Below, one piece after another: positions 20,173 to 29,500 of a DNA stretch of 64,000 nt. Origin of the DNA: a virus. Taxonomy: Duplodnaviria; Caudoviricetes. Within the stretch, counting starts at the first letter, position 1, and the number at the start of each line of letters is the position of its first letter. The notes under the pieces are model-generated. The model was not told the DNA's origin. It did no database searches and saw only the letters and a program-made list of their open reading frames with translations. Position numbers and translations under genes: made by a program. Location of the stretch: the IMG/VR virus record IMGVR_UViG_2974512403_000001, positions 15,222-79,221 of that record, one strand, 5' to 3'.

Positions 20173-20538
20173 ATGTTAGTAAATGGAGAAAAAATTAGCC
20201 GAGGGAATATTTATATTGCAGATCTTGGTGAACGAACAAGTAAACATGATGCAACACAACGTGGCCGGCGCCCAGTAATCGTTGTGTCGAATGATAAAGC
20301 AAATGAATATTCACCGTCGGTTACGATCGTACCATTGACATCTTCAACTAGTAAGCATGAATTGCCAACACACTCATCTTTTTATCTTGAAAATCATGGT
20401 ACTGAGGTCATGAATACTGCTCTCTGTGAACAAATTCAAAATATCAATGTTTATCAACTTCTATACTGTGTTGGTAGCATTGACTACAGTGTAATGAACA
20501 GCATCGACCATAACTTGATGGTAGCGTTAGGATTATGA
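20173..20538 (+). CDS. mazF: MazF/PemK-family endoribonuclease, no adjacent antitoxin recognised
   Basis: RGNIYIADLG...QRGRRPVIVVSND...VPLTS...LPTH...CEQIQ; catalytic Arg and Thr retained; resembles B. subtilis NdoA. Confidence 0.9.
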   Translation: MLVNGEKISRGNIYIADLGERTSKHDATQRGRRPVIVVSNDKANEYSPSVTIVPLTSSTSKHELPTHSSFYLENHGTEVMNTALCEQIQNINVYQLLYCVGSIDYSVMNSIDHNLMVALGL

Positions 20539-20858
20539 AAGTCTGTATAATTATCAACAAGACTGACGATGGCATGTGTGTGAATTATGCGTCTATCTCA
20601 GAAGATGGACTTGAAAGTTATTACAGACATTGCTTTTATTATTTTGATGCTGAGAATGCTGTTAAATATATTACTGATCAAATTAATGAAAAACATGTTG
20701 ATATTATGTCAGACAGCAAAAAGTTAATTAAGGTATTTAAGAAGATCAAGAAGTCAAAATATAAAGAAAATGTTAATTTTATATGCTTTCCAGTTGACAA
20801 CGAGAAAATAAATAATGTATTTAATAGATTGCATATGATCTATAAGGAGAATAACTAA
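20535..20858 (+). CDS. hypothetical protein coupled to mazF
   Basis: ATGA overlap. Confidence 0.6.
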   Translation: MKVCIIINKTDDGMCVNYASISEDGLESYYRHCFYYFDAENAVKYITDQINEKHVDIMSDSKKLIKVFKKIKKSKYKENVNFICFPVDNEKINNVFNRLHMIYKENN

Positions 20859-20860
20859 AT

Positions 20861-21409
20861 ATGGGAAAACAGAGTAGTAAAAATATGGATTTTGTTAATT
20901 TTGAAAAGTCAGACCATTTTGCTCAACGGGCATTGCAGAGATTTTGCATTGAAAAGAATGTGCTGCCAAGATGGACTACAAACATATTATCAAATGGGAC
21001 AAAACAAAAATGTGTTAGTAATAGCAAAGGAACGATTTATAGTGTAGTATATCATGAAGTAAAAATAATTGTTTCTCCAAGTAATAGAACTATTGTTACA
21101 TGCTATCCTGTAAATAATATTCAATCTTTGTCTAAGCTGGCCGAAAAAGGCAAGGAAAATGAAGCTACTAAGATGGCAATTGATGCTATCAATCAGGGTA
21201 TTCAATCTGTTGTACGTAAAAAGAATAAAAGGATCAGAGAGATAATTAACGCAATTAAAGACATGGAAGATATTCATGTTAAAACTACCAGAGTTGATTA
21301 TTACGTGAAACAGGAAAAACAGATTGATGAGATGTATGATGTGTTAGACAAAGAGATGACAGAAAAACATACCATTTCGGATGTGTTACAAAATATTCAT
21401 ATTTATTAA
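20861..21409 (+). CDS. hypothetical protein with possible DUF4258/RelE-like N-terminal domain and coiled coil
   Basis: HFAQRALQR...IVTCY pattern; weak. Confidence 0.5.
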   Translation: MGKQSSKNMDFVNFEKSDHFAQRALQRFCIEKNVLPRWTTNILSNGTKQKCVSNSKGTIYSVVYHEVKIIVSPSNRTIVTCYPVNNIQSLSKLAEKGKENEATKMAIDAINQGIQSVVRKKNKRIREIINAIKDMEDIHVKTTRVDYYVKQEKQIDEMYDVLDKEMTEKHTISDVLQNIHIY

Positions 21410-21493
21410 CGCAATGTTAATATTATTGAAACAGTCTTGAAACATTAGTGTGTTATAATAGTAACTAAAATAAGAAAGAGGTTTTTAATTTAT

Positions 21494-22099
21494 ATGAAGA
21501 AAAGTATTATTTTAACAGGACTATCATTGGTAGCTGGGCTAATTATTGGTGGGGCATCTGTATCAGCTAATACGGTCACTGTGCAAGCTGGAGATACGGT
21601 TGCGGAAATTGCAAGTCAGAATGGTACCACAGTTCAACAAATTGTGAACCAAAACAATTTACAAAACCCAAATCTGATTTATGTTGGGGATAAGATTGTC
21701 ATCCCAGGTGGTAATAGCGCAGTCACCAGTAGCTCAGTTGCTAGTGAAACAGTTGCTAATGGAACTACGGCGACAAACCAACAACCACAACAAAGCACGA
21801 AATCAAGCGATCAAAATAACTATCAATCGGTAAGTGCTACAAGTGGCACGCTGTCGTCGTCAGAAAAGCAAGCTGTTGTCAATCAAATGGAACAGCGCAC
21901 TGGTGTGAGCGCATCTGAATGGTCACATATTATTTATCGTGAATCACGAGATCAGGTTCATGCGTCAAATCCTTCCAGTACAGCTACAGGATTATTTCAA
22001 ACTCTTCTGGGCGGTGAAGGTGACGTCCAATCTCAAATTGACAATGCAGTTAGCCTGTATCAAAAACAAGGTATGCAAGCCTGGGCATTAACTAACTAG
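21494..22099 (+). CDS. secreted LysM protein with C-terminal lysozyme-like (Apf/transglycosylase-like) domain
   Basis: signal peptide, LysM (VQAGDT...NPNLIYVG), Ser/Thr/Gln linker, WSHIIYRES...ATGLFQ. Confidence 0.85.
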   Translation: MKKSIILTGLSLVAGLIIGGASVSANTVTVQAGDTVAEIASQNGTTVQQIVNQNNLQNPNLIYVGDKIVIPGGNSAVTSSSVASETVANGTTATNQQPQQSTKSSDQNNYQSVSATSGTLSSSEKQAVVNQMEQRTGVSASEWSHIIYRESRDQVHASNPSSTATGLFQTLLGGEGDVQSQIDNAVSLYQKQGMQAWALTN

Positions 22100-22106
22100 A
22101 TCTACT

Positions 22107-22131
22107 AGACACGCTTTGCGTGTCTTTTTTT
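22107..22131 (+). terminator. intrinsic terminator
   Basis: AGACACGC-TTT-GCGTGTCT + T-run. Confidence 0.85.
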
Positions 22132-22132
22132 A

Positions 22133-22160
22133 TTGACAAAATACTAAACTGGCGTATACT
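22133..22160 (+). promoter_or_regulatory. sigma70-type promoter
   Basis: TTGACA-16-TATACT. Confidence 0.65.
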
Positions 22161-22186
22161 TAATTATTAAGAGGAGGATTTTTTAC

Positions 22187-22453
22187 ATGCAGATAGCGAT
22201 TAATATTTTGATTGGGATTGGCGTATTTGCAGCGTTATTATTTTTATCATTTCTAATTGGTGTGGCAGTCGAATGGGTATCAAAGACAAAATTTTGGGAT
22301 AGAATAAGTCATTCGCATAGCATTGTGAAGATGTTCGATGTAATATTAGTTATAATTCAAGCAGTGTTATTGATTATATTTGCTTTGATTATTATTTTAG
22401 CATTTGTTGTTACATTTTATTTTGCGGGAGTTGCAATAACTGGGAGGAATTAG
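22187..22453 (+). CDS. two-TM membrane protein
   Basis: hydrophobic segments; GAGGAGG RBS. Confidence 0.65.
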   Translation: MQIAINILIGIGVFAALLFLSFLIGVAVEWVSKTKFWDRISHSHSIVKMFDVILVIIQAVLLIIFALIIILAFVVTFYFAGVAITGRN

Positions 22454-22454
22454 C

Positions 22455-22721
22455 ATGATTATGAATAGAGAGCCAATCGGGACAAATTTAGGAAGATTGG
22501 CGGATAAATATATTTTTGAAAATCCACCCAAATACTGGGGTGAGATGTTGGCACAGATGAATAGTGCTGCAAAGATTGGACATAGACACACAACGACCTA
22601 TAATAAAGATATATTTGATTATGTTTATTGTAACACTGATCAGTATAAAACCATTTGTAAAATCGAGAATATTAAATTTGATCTTGATGAGGAGGGCGAA
22701 TGTGTCTGTTTTTGGTGGTAG
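22455..22721 (+). CDS. hypothetical protein
   Basis: GGAGG RBS. Confidence 0.6.
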   Translation: MIMNREPIGTNLGRLADKYIFENPPKYWGEMLAQMNSAAKIGHRHTTTYNKDIFDYVYCNTDQYKTICKIENIKFDLDEEGECVCFWW

Positions 22722-22722
22722 A

Positions 22723-23022
22723 ATGAAGAAAAATACAAATAAGTTGGGAGATTATCTCAGAGATGTAACTCATAAACATCTTTTGACTGAGCCACCATCT
22801 TGGGACCATTGGGAATATGTGATGAAACTTCACGCAGTTGATGGTTCTGATCACGTTCTTGTCAGTATAAATGACGACAATAAAAATGATCAGTTCATCA
22901 AAGATGTTATAGAAAACAATATGTGGTATACCACGTATTCAAGTTATCAGGATATTTACTTTTCTCGTGAAATGGATCGTAGGTTCGGAACTAATTATTT
23001 TAGTTTTCATTGGGGGTATTAA
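22723..23022 (+). CDS. hypothetical protein
   Basis: likely ATG 22723. Confidence 0.6.
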   Translation: MKKNTNKLGDYLRDVTHKHLLTEPPSWDHWEYVMKLHAVDGSDHVLVSINDDNKNDQFIKDVIENNMWYTTYSSYQDIYFSREMDRRFGTNYFSFHWGY

Positions 23023-23024
23023 AA

Positions 23025-23285
23025 ATGTTAGATGAGATAACCAGTGCAAACATGAGTAAGAAATCTGGGATTTCTAATTCGAGAAGAGACTTTAATTTAT
23101 TGACAGGTCGAAAATTTAAGAACGTTTTGAAGTGTATTGATCATGAAGCGGGATGCGGACGAGCAGGAACTATAATTCCAAACACATTTAGAGATGCTGA
23201 AATTCACACCGTATTCAGAGAACTTGAAAAAAGAGGATTCTATGTGAGATTGCTCCCAAATAGGATTGAAATTAGGTGGCAGTGA
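23025..23285 (+). CDS. hypothetical protein
   Basis: likely ATG 23025. Confidence 0.55.
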   Translation: MLDEITSANMSKKSGISNSRRDFNLLTGRKFKNVLKCIDHEAGCGRAGTIIPNTFRDAEIHTVFRELEKRGFYVRLLPNRIEIRWQ

Positions 23286-23461
23286 AAAAGTGACATCGTT
23301 ATAAGCCGTCTAAGAAGTTTTAAAAATATAAATGACTATTTATGCGTAGATGGCATTAAAGTTTCTTAGGTGGTTTGATATTAGCAAATGCGGTTATTGT
23401 GGACGTGCCACGAAGATTTTTTAATAATAAAATGTGTATTTTACACAACAGGAGGATATTG

Positions 23462-23743
23462 ATGAAGTATTTAGTTAAAGATGAATATTATGACTTAAAA
23501 GACGAAGATAAGGTTTTACACTCGGTTTATCGTTTAGTTGATAATGAAACACCATCGGGAGCAATTTTAGGCGATCTCGCTGAAATGATGCTTCCAGAAT
23601 ATCAACATGACAAATGGGAAAAGTTGTTTCAAGAAGACAAAGTCGGCTGTGGAACATCAGAGGTTTACGAGTTTGTCGATGGAAAAACAGTTGGTGAAAA
23701 TTTGATTAGTATTGTGATGAAAGAGGGCGCTTATATTGAGTAA
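23462..23743 (+). CDS. hypothetical protein
   Basis: ATG 23462 after AGGAGG. Confidence 0.6.
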   Translation: MKYLVKDEYYDLKDEDKVLHSVYRLVDNETPSGAILGDLAEMMLPEYQHDKWEKLFQEDKVGCGTSEVYEFVDGKTVGENLISIVMKEGAYIE

Positions 23744-23924
23744 AACATCAAAAGTAATCATTACGGTGTGGGTGACTGCTATGGCATTGGGCTTTGTTGC
23801 TCTTATCATAGGTGGACTTTTGTGGCGACCAATCTTATTGCCGGCAATTGCAGTTCTAATGGTCGGAATGGTATTAGAAATGTCTGCTATGGTATTCGTA
23901 CTTATAAAAGATCTATGGTTCTAA
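23736..23924 (+). CDS. two-TM membrane protein
   Basis: hydrophobic; TTG start. Confidence 0.6.
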   Translation: MSKTSKVIITVWVTAMALGFVALIIGGLLWRPILLPAIAVLMVGMVLEMSAMVFVLIKDLWF

Positions 23925-23931
23925 AAATGTG

Positions 23932-23960
23932 TTGACTTACAAAATGTAGTATGCTAACAT
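23932..23960 (+). promoter_or_regulatory. promoter of tRNA cluster
   Basis: TTGACT-17-TAACAT with TG extension. Confidence 0.6.
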
Positions 23961-24024
23961 ATATCTTGTAGGGAAATGAAAAGCACAAACTTCCAAGTTA
24001 CAGGAGCGCCAACTCCTGTATATT

Positions 24025-24098
24025 GCGTCCTTAGCTCAAATGGATAGAGCAGGAATCTTCTAAATTTCAGGTTGTCGGATCGTACCCGACAGGACGCA
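24025..24098 (+). tRNA. tRNA-Arg(TCT), atypical T-loop
   Basis: acceptor GCGTCCT/AGGACGC, anticodon loop CT-TCT-AA, T-arm GTCGG-ATCGTAC-CCGAC; no encoded CCA. Confidence 0.85.
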
Positions 24099-24100
24099 TA

Positions 24101-24183
24101 GCGGGATTAAGATAACGGTAGTCTATCGGGGTGCGCACAGTAAAACTGGCCCGAAAGCGCTGGTTCGACTCCAGAGTCCCGCA
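24101..24183 (+). ncRNA. tRNA-like RNA with 19-nt expanded anticodon loop
   Basis: acceptor GCGGGAT/GTCCCGC, D-arm, TCGGG/CCCGA stem, T-loop TTCGACT; no canonical anticodon loop. Confidence 0.75.
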
Positions 24184-24187
24184 TAAC

Positions 24188-24260
24188 GTGTCCTTAGTAT
24201 AATTGGATAAAACACATGGCTCCTACCCATGAGATGACAGTTCAATTCTGTCAGGACACA
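24188..24260 (+). tRNA. tRNA-Arg(CCT)
   Basis: acceptor GTGTCCT/AGGACAC, CATGG-CTCCTAC-CCATG, T-loop TTCAATT, GGATA D-loop. Confidence 0.88.
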
Positions 24261-24286
24261 TATTAAAATATATTGGAGGAATTTTA

Positions 24287-24517
24287 ATGGAAGATACCGA
24301 TGAAATGCTATATCAGGCCACCAAAGCAGCTAATGGTTTTGATTGGACGTTTGATCTGAGAGCAGCAATTGAATACTATACCGATGTTTATATGACATCC
24401 TATGATGAAGCAATCAAAAATGGCAAGACGGAAGAAGAATCATCACAAATTGCTCAAAACTTGCTAATCGTGATGATGGAATACGGTGATCAAATTAATG
24501 GTGATACCGATGAATGA
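24287..24517 (+). CDS. hypothetical protein
   Basis: GGAGG RBS. Confidence 0.6.
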   Translation: MEDTDEMLYQATKAANGFDWTFDLRAAIEYYTDVYMTSYDEAIKNGKTEEESSQIAQNLLIVMMEYGDQINGDTDE

Positions 24518-24737
24518 TAAAGTATGGGTTGTGATATACGTTAATGTTGATGGTAATTATCCAGGAGATCCAGTAATAACCGTATTTAAAAATAGAAGTG
24601 ATGCCATGCAAAAACTTTATTTTTATACGCGTGGCGAGGGTACAGAACAAGTTAATGGCCTAAACGGTGATTTAGAGTATACTTATCACGATAAGAATTT
24701 TGTCGTGAAATGTGCAAAAAGAATTGTGTTTATCTAA
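24510..24737 (+). CDS. hypothetical protein
   Basis: likely ATG 24510. Confidence 0.55.
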   Translation: MNDKVWVVIYVNVDGNYPGDPVITVFKNRSDAMQKLYFYTRGEGTEQVNGLNGDLEYTYHDKNFVVKCAKRIVFI

Positions 24738-24835
24738 ATCACACTTTTATTTGCAAATAATAAGTAAAAATCATATTTTATACGGATGTGGATAGAGAAA
24801 ACGGCTACTTGGAAAAAGTTGTAGGTGAATAACAA

Positions 24836-25234
24836 ATGTGGTTTAAAAACAAAAGAAAAGTTGAGGAGCTTGAATATCGCATCGCCAAAATCACTGATTT
24901 TAATAAAAAAATGATTAGAGTCGGGGCATTTAATGGCTGTATTGGCAAATATGTTCGCACAGTTGACAATACAAGCCGGTTTAGTGGTGGTGGTGAGATA
25001 GTATACATTGATCTTCCATCACGGATATATAGAATTGTTATGGTAAACGAACCAGGGTCTCTGGCTTTACAGGATTGTAACGGGAAAATACGTGATTTTT
25101 CTATTGATAAGATTTTAAGATTAGCTTCTGACGATGAGATTAGTGATTTTAAAAAACAAGAATTAAAAAAATCAAAACGTCAAATAAATAAAGGGCAAAT
25201 TAGAGGTGATACCATTGGACACAATGATCGATAA
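24836..25234 (+). CDS. hypothetical protein
   Basis: ORF with AGGTG RBS. Confidence 0.6.
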   Translation: MWFKNKRKVEELEYRIAKITDFNKKMIRVGAFNGCIGKYVRTVDNTSRFSGGGEIVYIDLPSRIYRIVMVNEPGSLALQDCNGKIRDFSIDKILRLASDDEISDFKKQELKKSKRQINKGQIRGDTIGHNDR

Positions 25235-25493
25235 GAAAAGCAGATTTGAATCAATCAGAGATTTTTTATTTCACGAGAAACAGGGGCCAGAAGTTTTTGT
25301 ATTAAGTGTTGTAAACAATAGCAACGTCACCAATACCGTATTCAAAAATTATAAACTTGCACACTATGAGTTTGCACACACACTAGGCAGCTATGGTGCC
25401 TCAATGTATATTGATACAGACTTGTCTAAAGAAGCAATTAGTAGTGATGGAACTAAAATTCAGCTACGAACAGAATCTCTAATTGGAGGGTAA
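25206..25493 (+). CDS. hypothetical protein
   Basis: operon context. Confidence 0.55.
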   Translation: MIPLDTMIDKKSRFESIRDFLFHEKQGPEVFVLSVVNNSNVTNTVFKNYKLAHYEFAHTLGSYGASMYIDTDLSKEAISSDGTKIQLRTESLIGG

Positions 25494-25495
25494 AT

Positions 25496-25783
25496 ATGAG
25501 TGTTGAAATTAAAATCTATAAAAATTGGACGATTAAAAATGATCCAAGAAGTAGTGCTGGACTAACATTGCAAAAGTATGGCGATAAGAACAAGAACAAA
25601 AAACAGTTCTATTTTCCGTCTATTGATTACGCACTTGCGTTTTGTGCAAGATATGTAATCAACAAAGACAAGGAAAAGGTAAAAACTTTAGATCAATATT
25701 TGGAAAAATATAGAGATCTATATGATCATATGCACTCCCAATTTATTAAGAAAGAGGTTGTATCAAAAGATGAAAAAAAATAA
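25496..25783 (+). CDS. hypothetical protein
   Basis: GGAGG RBS. Confidence 0.6.
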   Translation: MSVEIKIYKNWTIKNDPRSSAGLTLQKYGDKNKNKKQFYFPSIDYALAFCARYVINKDKEKVKTLDQYLEKYRDLYDHMHSQFIKKEVVSKDEKK

Positions 25784-26090
25784 CAAGTATTCGAGATACA
25801 ATTCTTTTTTGAATGGGGGGGTGTCTCGTAAGCGCTGGAACTTTGCTCATGGAAATTATAATATTCCTAGGGGTGAGACATTTGCCACGTTTTACAAGTC
25901 CGTAGAAAAGAGTGGGATTGTTGTTGATCTTGGAAGCGGATATAGCGTAGCAATCACAGACGACATTGTTGATGATTATTCCAGAAAAGATGTACTTGCT
26001 GTATATGCAGTTCTTCAAGCAACTGGATTTAACGATCAAGAAATTGGTAAGATTATTGATGATCACATGAAAAAGTTAGGGGCACAATAA
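25770..26090 (+). CDS. hypothetical protein
   Basis: likely ATG 25770 after GAGG. Confidence 0.6.
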   Translation: MKKNNKYSRYNSFLNGGVSRKRWNFAHGNYNIPRGETFATFYKSVEKSGIVVDLGSGYSVAITDDIVDDYSRKDVLAVYAVLQATGFNDQEIGKIIDDHMKKLGAQ

Positions 26091-26417
26091 ATGTTAAAAA
26101 ACAATGAATATCTTAACGAAAGAATTGCGGATATTTTACAAGAAATTCCGATTGACTTTTTCTTTCTTTCTCCTGGAGAAAAGATTATCCGTAGGGACAA
26201 CCATCAAATTATGTTGAGCGAAAGAACAAAAGATTTACTTTTGGAAAAAGAGCTAATTAAAGATGATAGTGAAACAAAAAGTAATACTTTAATCGTCAAA
26301 AATATTCCAGATGGATTTACTTATATGGGTAATATTTTTTCAGATGTTTATGCTGTAAACGATGATGAAATCGAACTCGGAAAAACTGGAGACATTGTAC
26401 TATTTTATGTAAAATAA
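26091..26417 (+). CDS. hypothetical protein
   Basis: operon context. Confidence 0.55.
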   Translation: MLKNNEYLNERIADILQEIPIDFFFLSPGEKIIRRDNHQIMLSERTKDLLLEKELIKDDSETKSNTLIVKNIPDGFTYMGNIFSDVYAVNDDEIELGKTGDIVLFYVK

Positions 26418-26524
26418 TTGTGAATTATTGTTTACTTTCGTTGACATATGTGTTATTATTAATTCAGAGCAAGAATAACAACTAACTAAGAGATATTTCT
26501 AAAAAGAAATGTCTCTTTTTTGTG

Positions 26525-26553
26525 TTGATAAAAACATAGTTTGATGCTATAAT
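26525..26553 (+). promoter_or_regulatory. promoter of dnaE
   Basis: TTGATA-17-TATAAT with TG extension. Confidence 0.75.
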
Positions 26554-26575
26554 TGTTGCATTGGGAGGAAAATCA

Positions 26576-29500
26576 ATGAATAAACAAGAATTAATTGAAT
26601 ATGGCTATGGCAACCTACACGGACATACTGACTTATCTAGTAACCTGAGACTGCTAGACAGCTCAATCACCGTAAAAGAGATGCTGGATTATAGTACAAA
26701 AATTGGAATGAAAGCAATTTCATTTACTGGACACGAAGCTTTGTCCGATCATATTAAAGCAGAGAGATATTTCCATAGCAATCCAGATAAGTTCAAAAAC
26801 ATCAAGCTTGTTTTGGGAAATGAAATTTATTTGGTTGACCGTGATGAGATGCAAGAAGCAGAAAACAATAATGAAAAGTTCAGATTTAGTCATTTTTTAT
26901 TAAACGCACTTGATAAAAAAGGACATGACTTTTTACAAAAACAATCTTCACTGGCATGGTCACATTATCATCGTTACCGTAGTATGGAACGTGTGCCGAG
27001 CTATTATGATGAAATTGAAAGTCTAATGAGTGATGGAGATTATAAAGGGCACGTGATTGCGTCAACCGCCTGTTTAGGATCTTTTACGTCACAAGAAATC
27101 TTGGCATATCAGCAAGATAATGACAAGTCGCACTTTGTAAACGTTAAAAATATGATTCTGTGGATGGTAAAAGTATTTGGAAAGGAGAATGTTTTTCTTG
27201 AACTTATGCCAAGCCACCATGAAGAACAGATTATTGTAAATAATTGGTTACAAAAAATTAGTGCTAAAATGAATATTCCATATATTATTACTACTGACGC
27301 TCATTATTTAAATGAAGCTCAACGTCCAGTCCATAGTGCGCTACTGCTTTCAAGAAACTCTGATCGCGACTTAACTGCATATGATACGGCTCACTTGTTT
27401 AGTGTAGAGGAACTGTTTGAGTTCTTTGATGATGATGTATTAACTAATGCCTTTAAAGCATTGCACGGAATTTTTGATAGGGTTGAGGACTATACACTAG
27501 AACATTCTCCAATTGTTCCAGAGGGTCGTATTCCAGAATTTGAAGATCCAAAATATAGCGATTTCTACCGGGGGAAAGAATTAAAAAACATTAAAACGAT
27601 GGTAGACAGCAAGTACAAAACCGATAGATATTTAACGAAATTGGCACTTGATGGATTAAAAAAATACAACTTAGTTGATAAGGAAGAATATCTTGAACGC
27701 TTAGATCTCGAAGTTGGAGAATTGGTTAAGATTACTCACAATATTGGGCAGCCTATGAGTTCTTACTTTATTGCTCAACATGACTTTGTTAATATTATGT
27801 GGTCTCAAAGTTTGGTTGGACCCGGACGTGGTAGCTCTTCGTGCTGGTTGCTAAACTACTTAATTGGATTAACACAAGTTGATGCTCTTAAGTACAAGTT
27901 GCCTCATTATCGTTTTCTATCAGCAGAACGTGTCACTGAAAACAAAGCATCAAACTATCCCGACATCGATACAGATTCAGAAGGAACTAAACGTAGTAAT
28001 ATTATCGAAAAAATTAGAGAAATCTATGGCAAAGATAAAGTCTTGAATTTTTCCACTTTTAGCACAATTAAAACACGTAGTGCTATTCAATATGCCGGAC
28101 GTGGACTTAATATTGATCGTCCAGAGATTGACTATATTGTAAGTTTACTGCCAGCAGATGGACACAATGAGTGGCCAATTACGGATGCGCTTCTTGGAAA
28201 TGATAAAGAAGACCGTAAGCCATCAAAAAAGCTAACAGAAGAGATTTCTAAATATCCAAAGTTGAAAGAGACAATTCTCGGACTATTTGGGCTTGTCGTT
28301 GGTAGAAGTGAACACGCTTCTGGTGTATTAATTGCTAATGATTCTTATACTGCTCACAATGCTTTAATGTATACTCCAAAGGGGATTGCTGTCACACAAT
28401 TTGAAGCGGACGATTCTGAATACGCCGGCATGATCAAGTTTGATTTTTTGTCTTTGTCTGCTTTAGATAAGATTCATTCAGCTATTGACATGTTGGTGAG
28501 AGATCATAAAATTGAAGAACAAGGGTCACTACGTCAAACATATATGAAATACTTTGGTCCAGAAGCACTCGACATGACGGATATAGATATGTATAAGATG
28601 TTGTTTAATGGAGATGTCATTGACGCTTTTGAATTTAGCTCATCCGTTGGCTATAAGACGCTACGCAAATTGAATGCTCGCGATTATTTAGCCTTGGTAT
28701 CTGCTAATGGTCTTATGAGACTAACTGGTGGTGACGATGATGAATTGGCGCTTGACAGATACATTCGTTATCAGAATAACCCTGATGACTGGGACAAGGA
28801 CATGGACAGTGCGGGTCTTAATGGCGATGAAAAACGATTGATGCACGAATTACTTGATGATTACAAGGGGGTTAATAACTCACAAGAGCGGTTAATGCAA
28901 ATGGTTCTTAAGATTGCTGGCTATTCATTGGAAGAAGCTAACAAGTTGCGTAAGTCGATTGCTAAAAAAGACAAAAAGAAACAAGAAGAACAGCATCAAT
29001 TTTTCATAAAAAAAGCAAAGTCATATGGATTACGCGATGAGTTTGCAAACTATGTGTGGGATAAACAAATCGCTATTCAATCGGGTTACGCATTTTCCGT
29101 ATCACATTCTTTACCATATACGCTTGTACTAATGGTTGAAATGAATATTTGTAAACGATTCGATCCCGTCTATTGGCAAACAGCAGTGCTATCAGTAAAC
29201 GCCAAAACATACGGCGATGAATTATCAAACCCAGATTACAATAAGCTCGCTACTGCAATTGGACAGCTTCCAAAAGGGCTGGTCACATATCCAGATATTA
29301 ATGACAGTGAGGTTGGATTTGTACCTCAAATTAATGGACAATCAAAACACATTCTGCTTGGACTTAATGCGATTTCTGGAATCGGAGAACAAGAAATAAA
29401 TGAAATCATTGAAAAACGTCCCTATACGTCACTTGATGATTTTATGAACAGAAGCTCAGACGTCTTCTCAACAAAAAAGATGGTCCTGTTAATCAAATCT

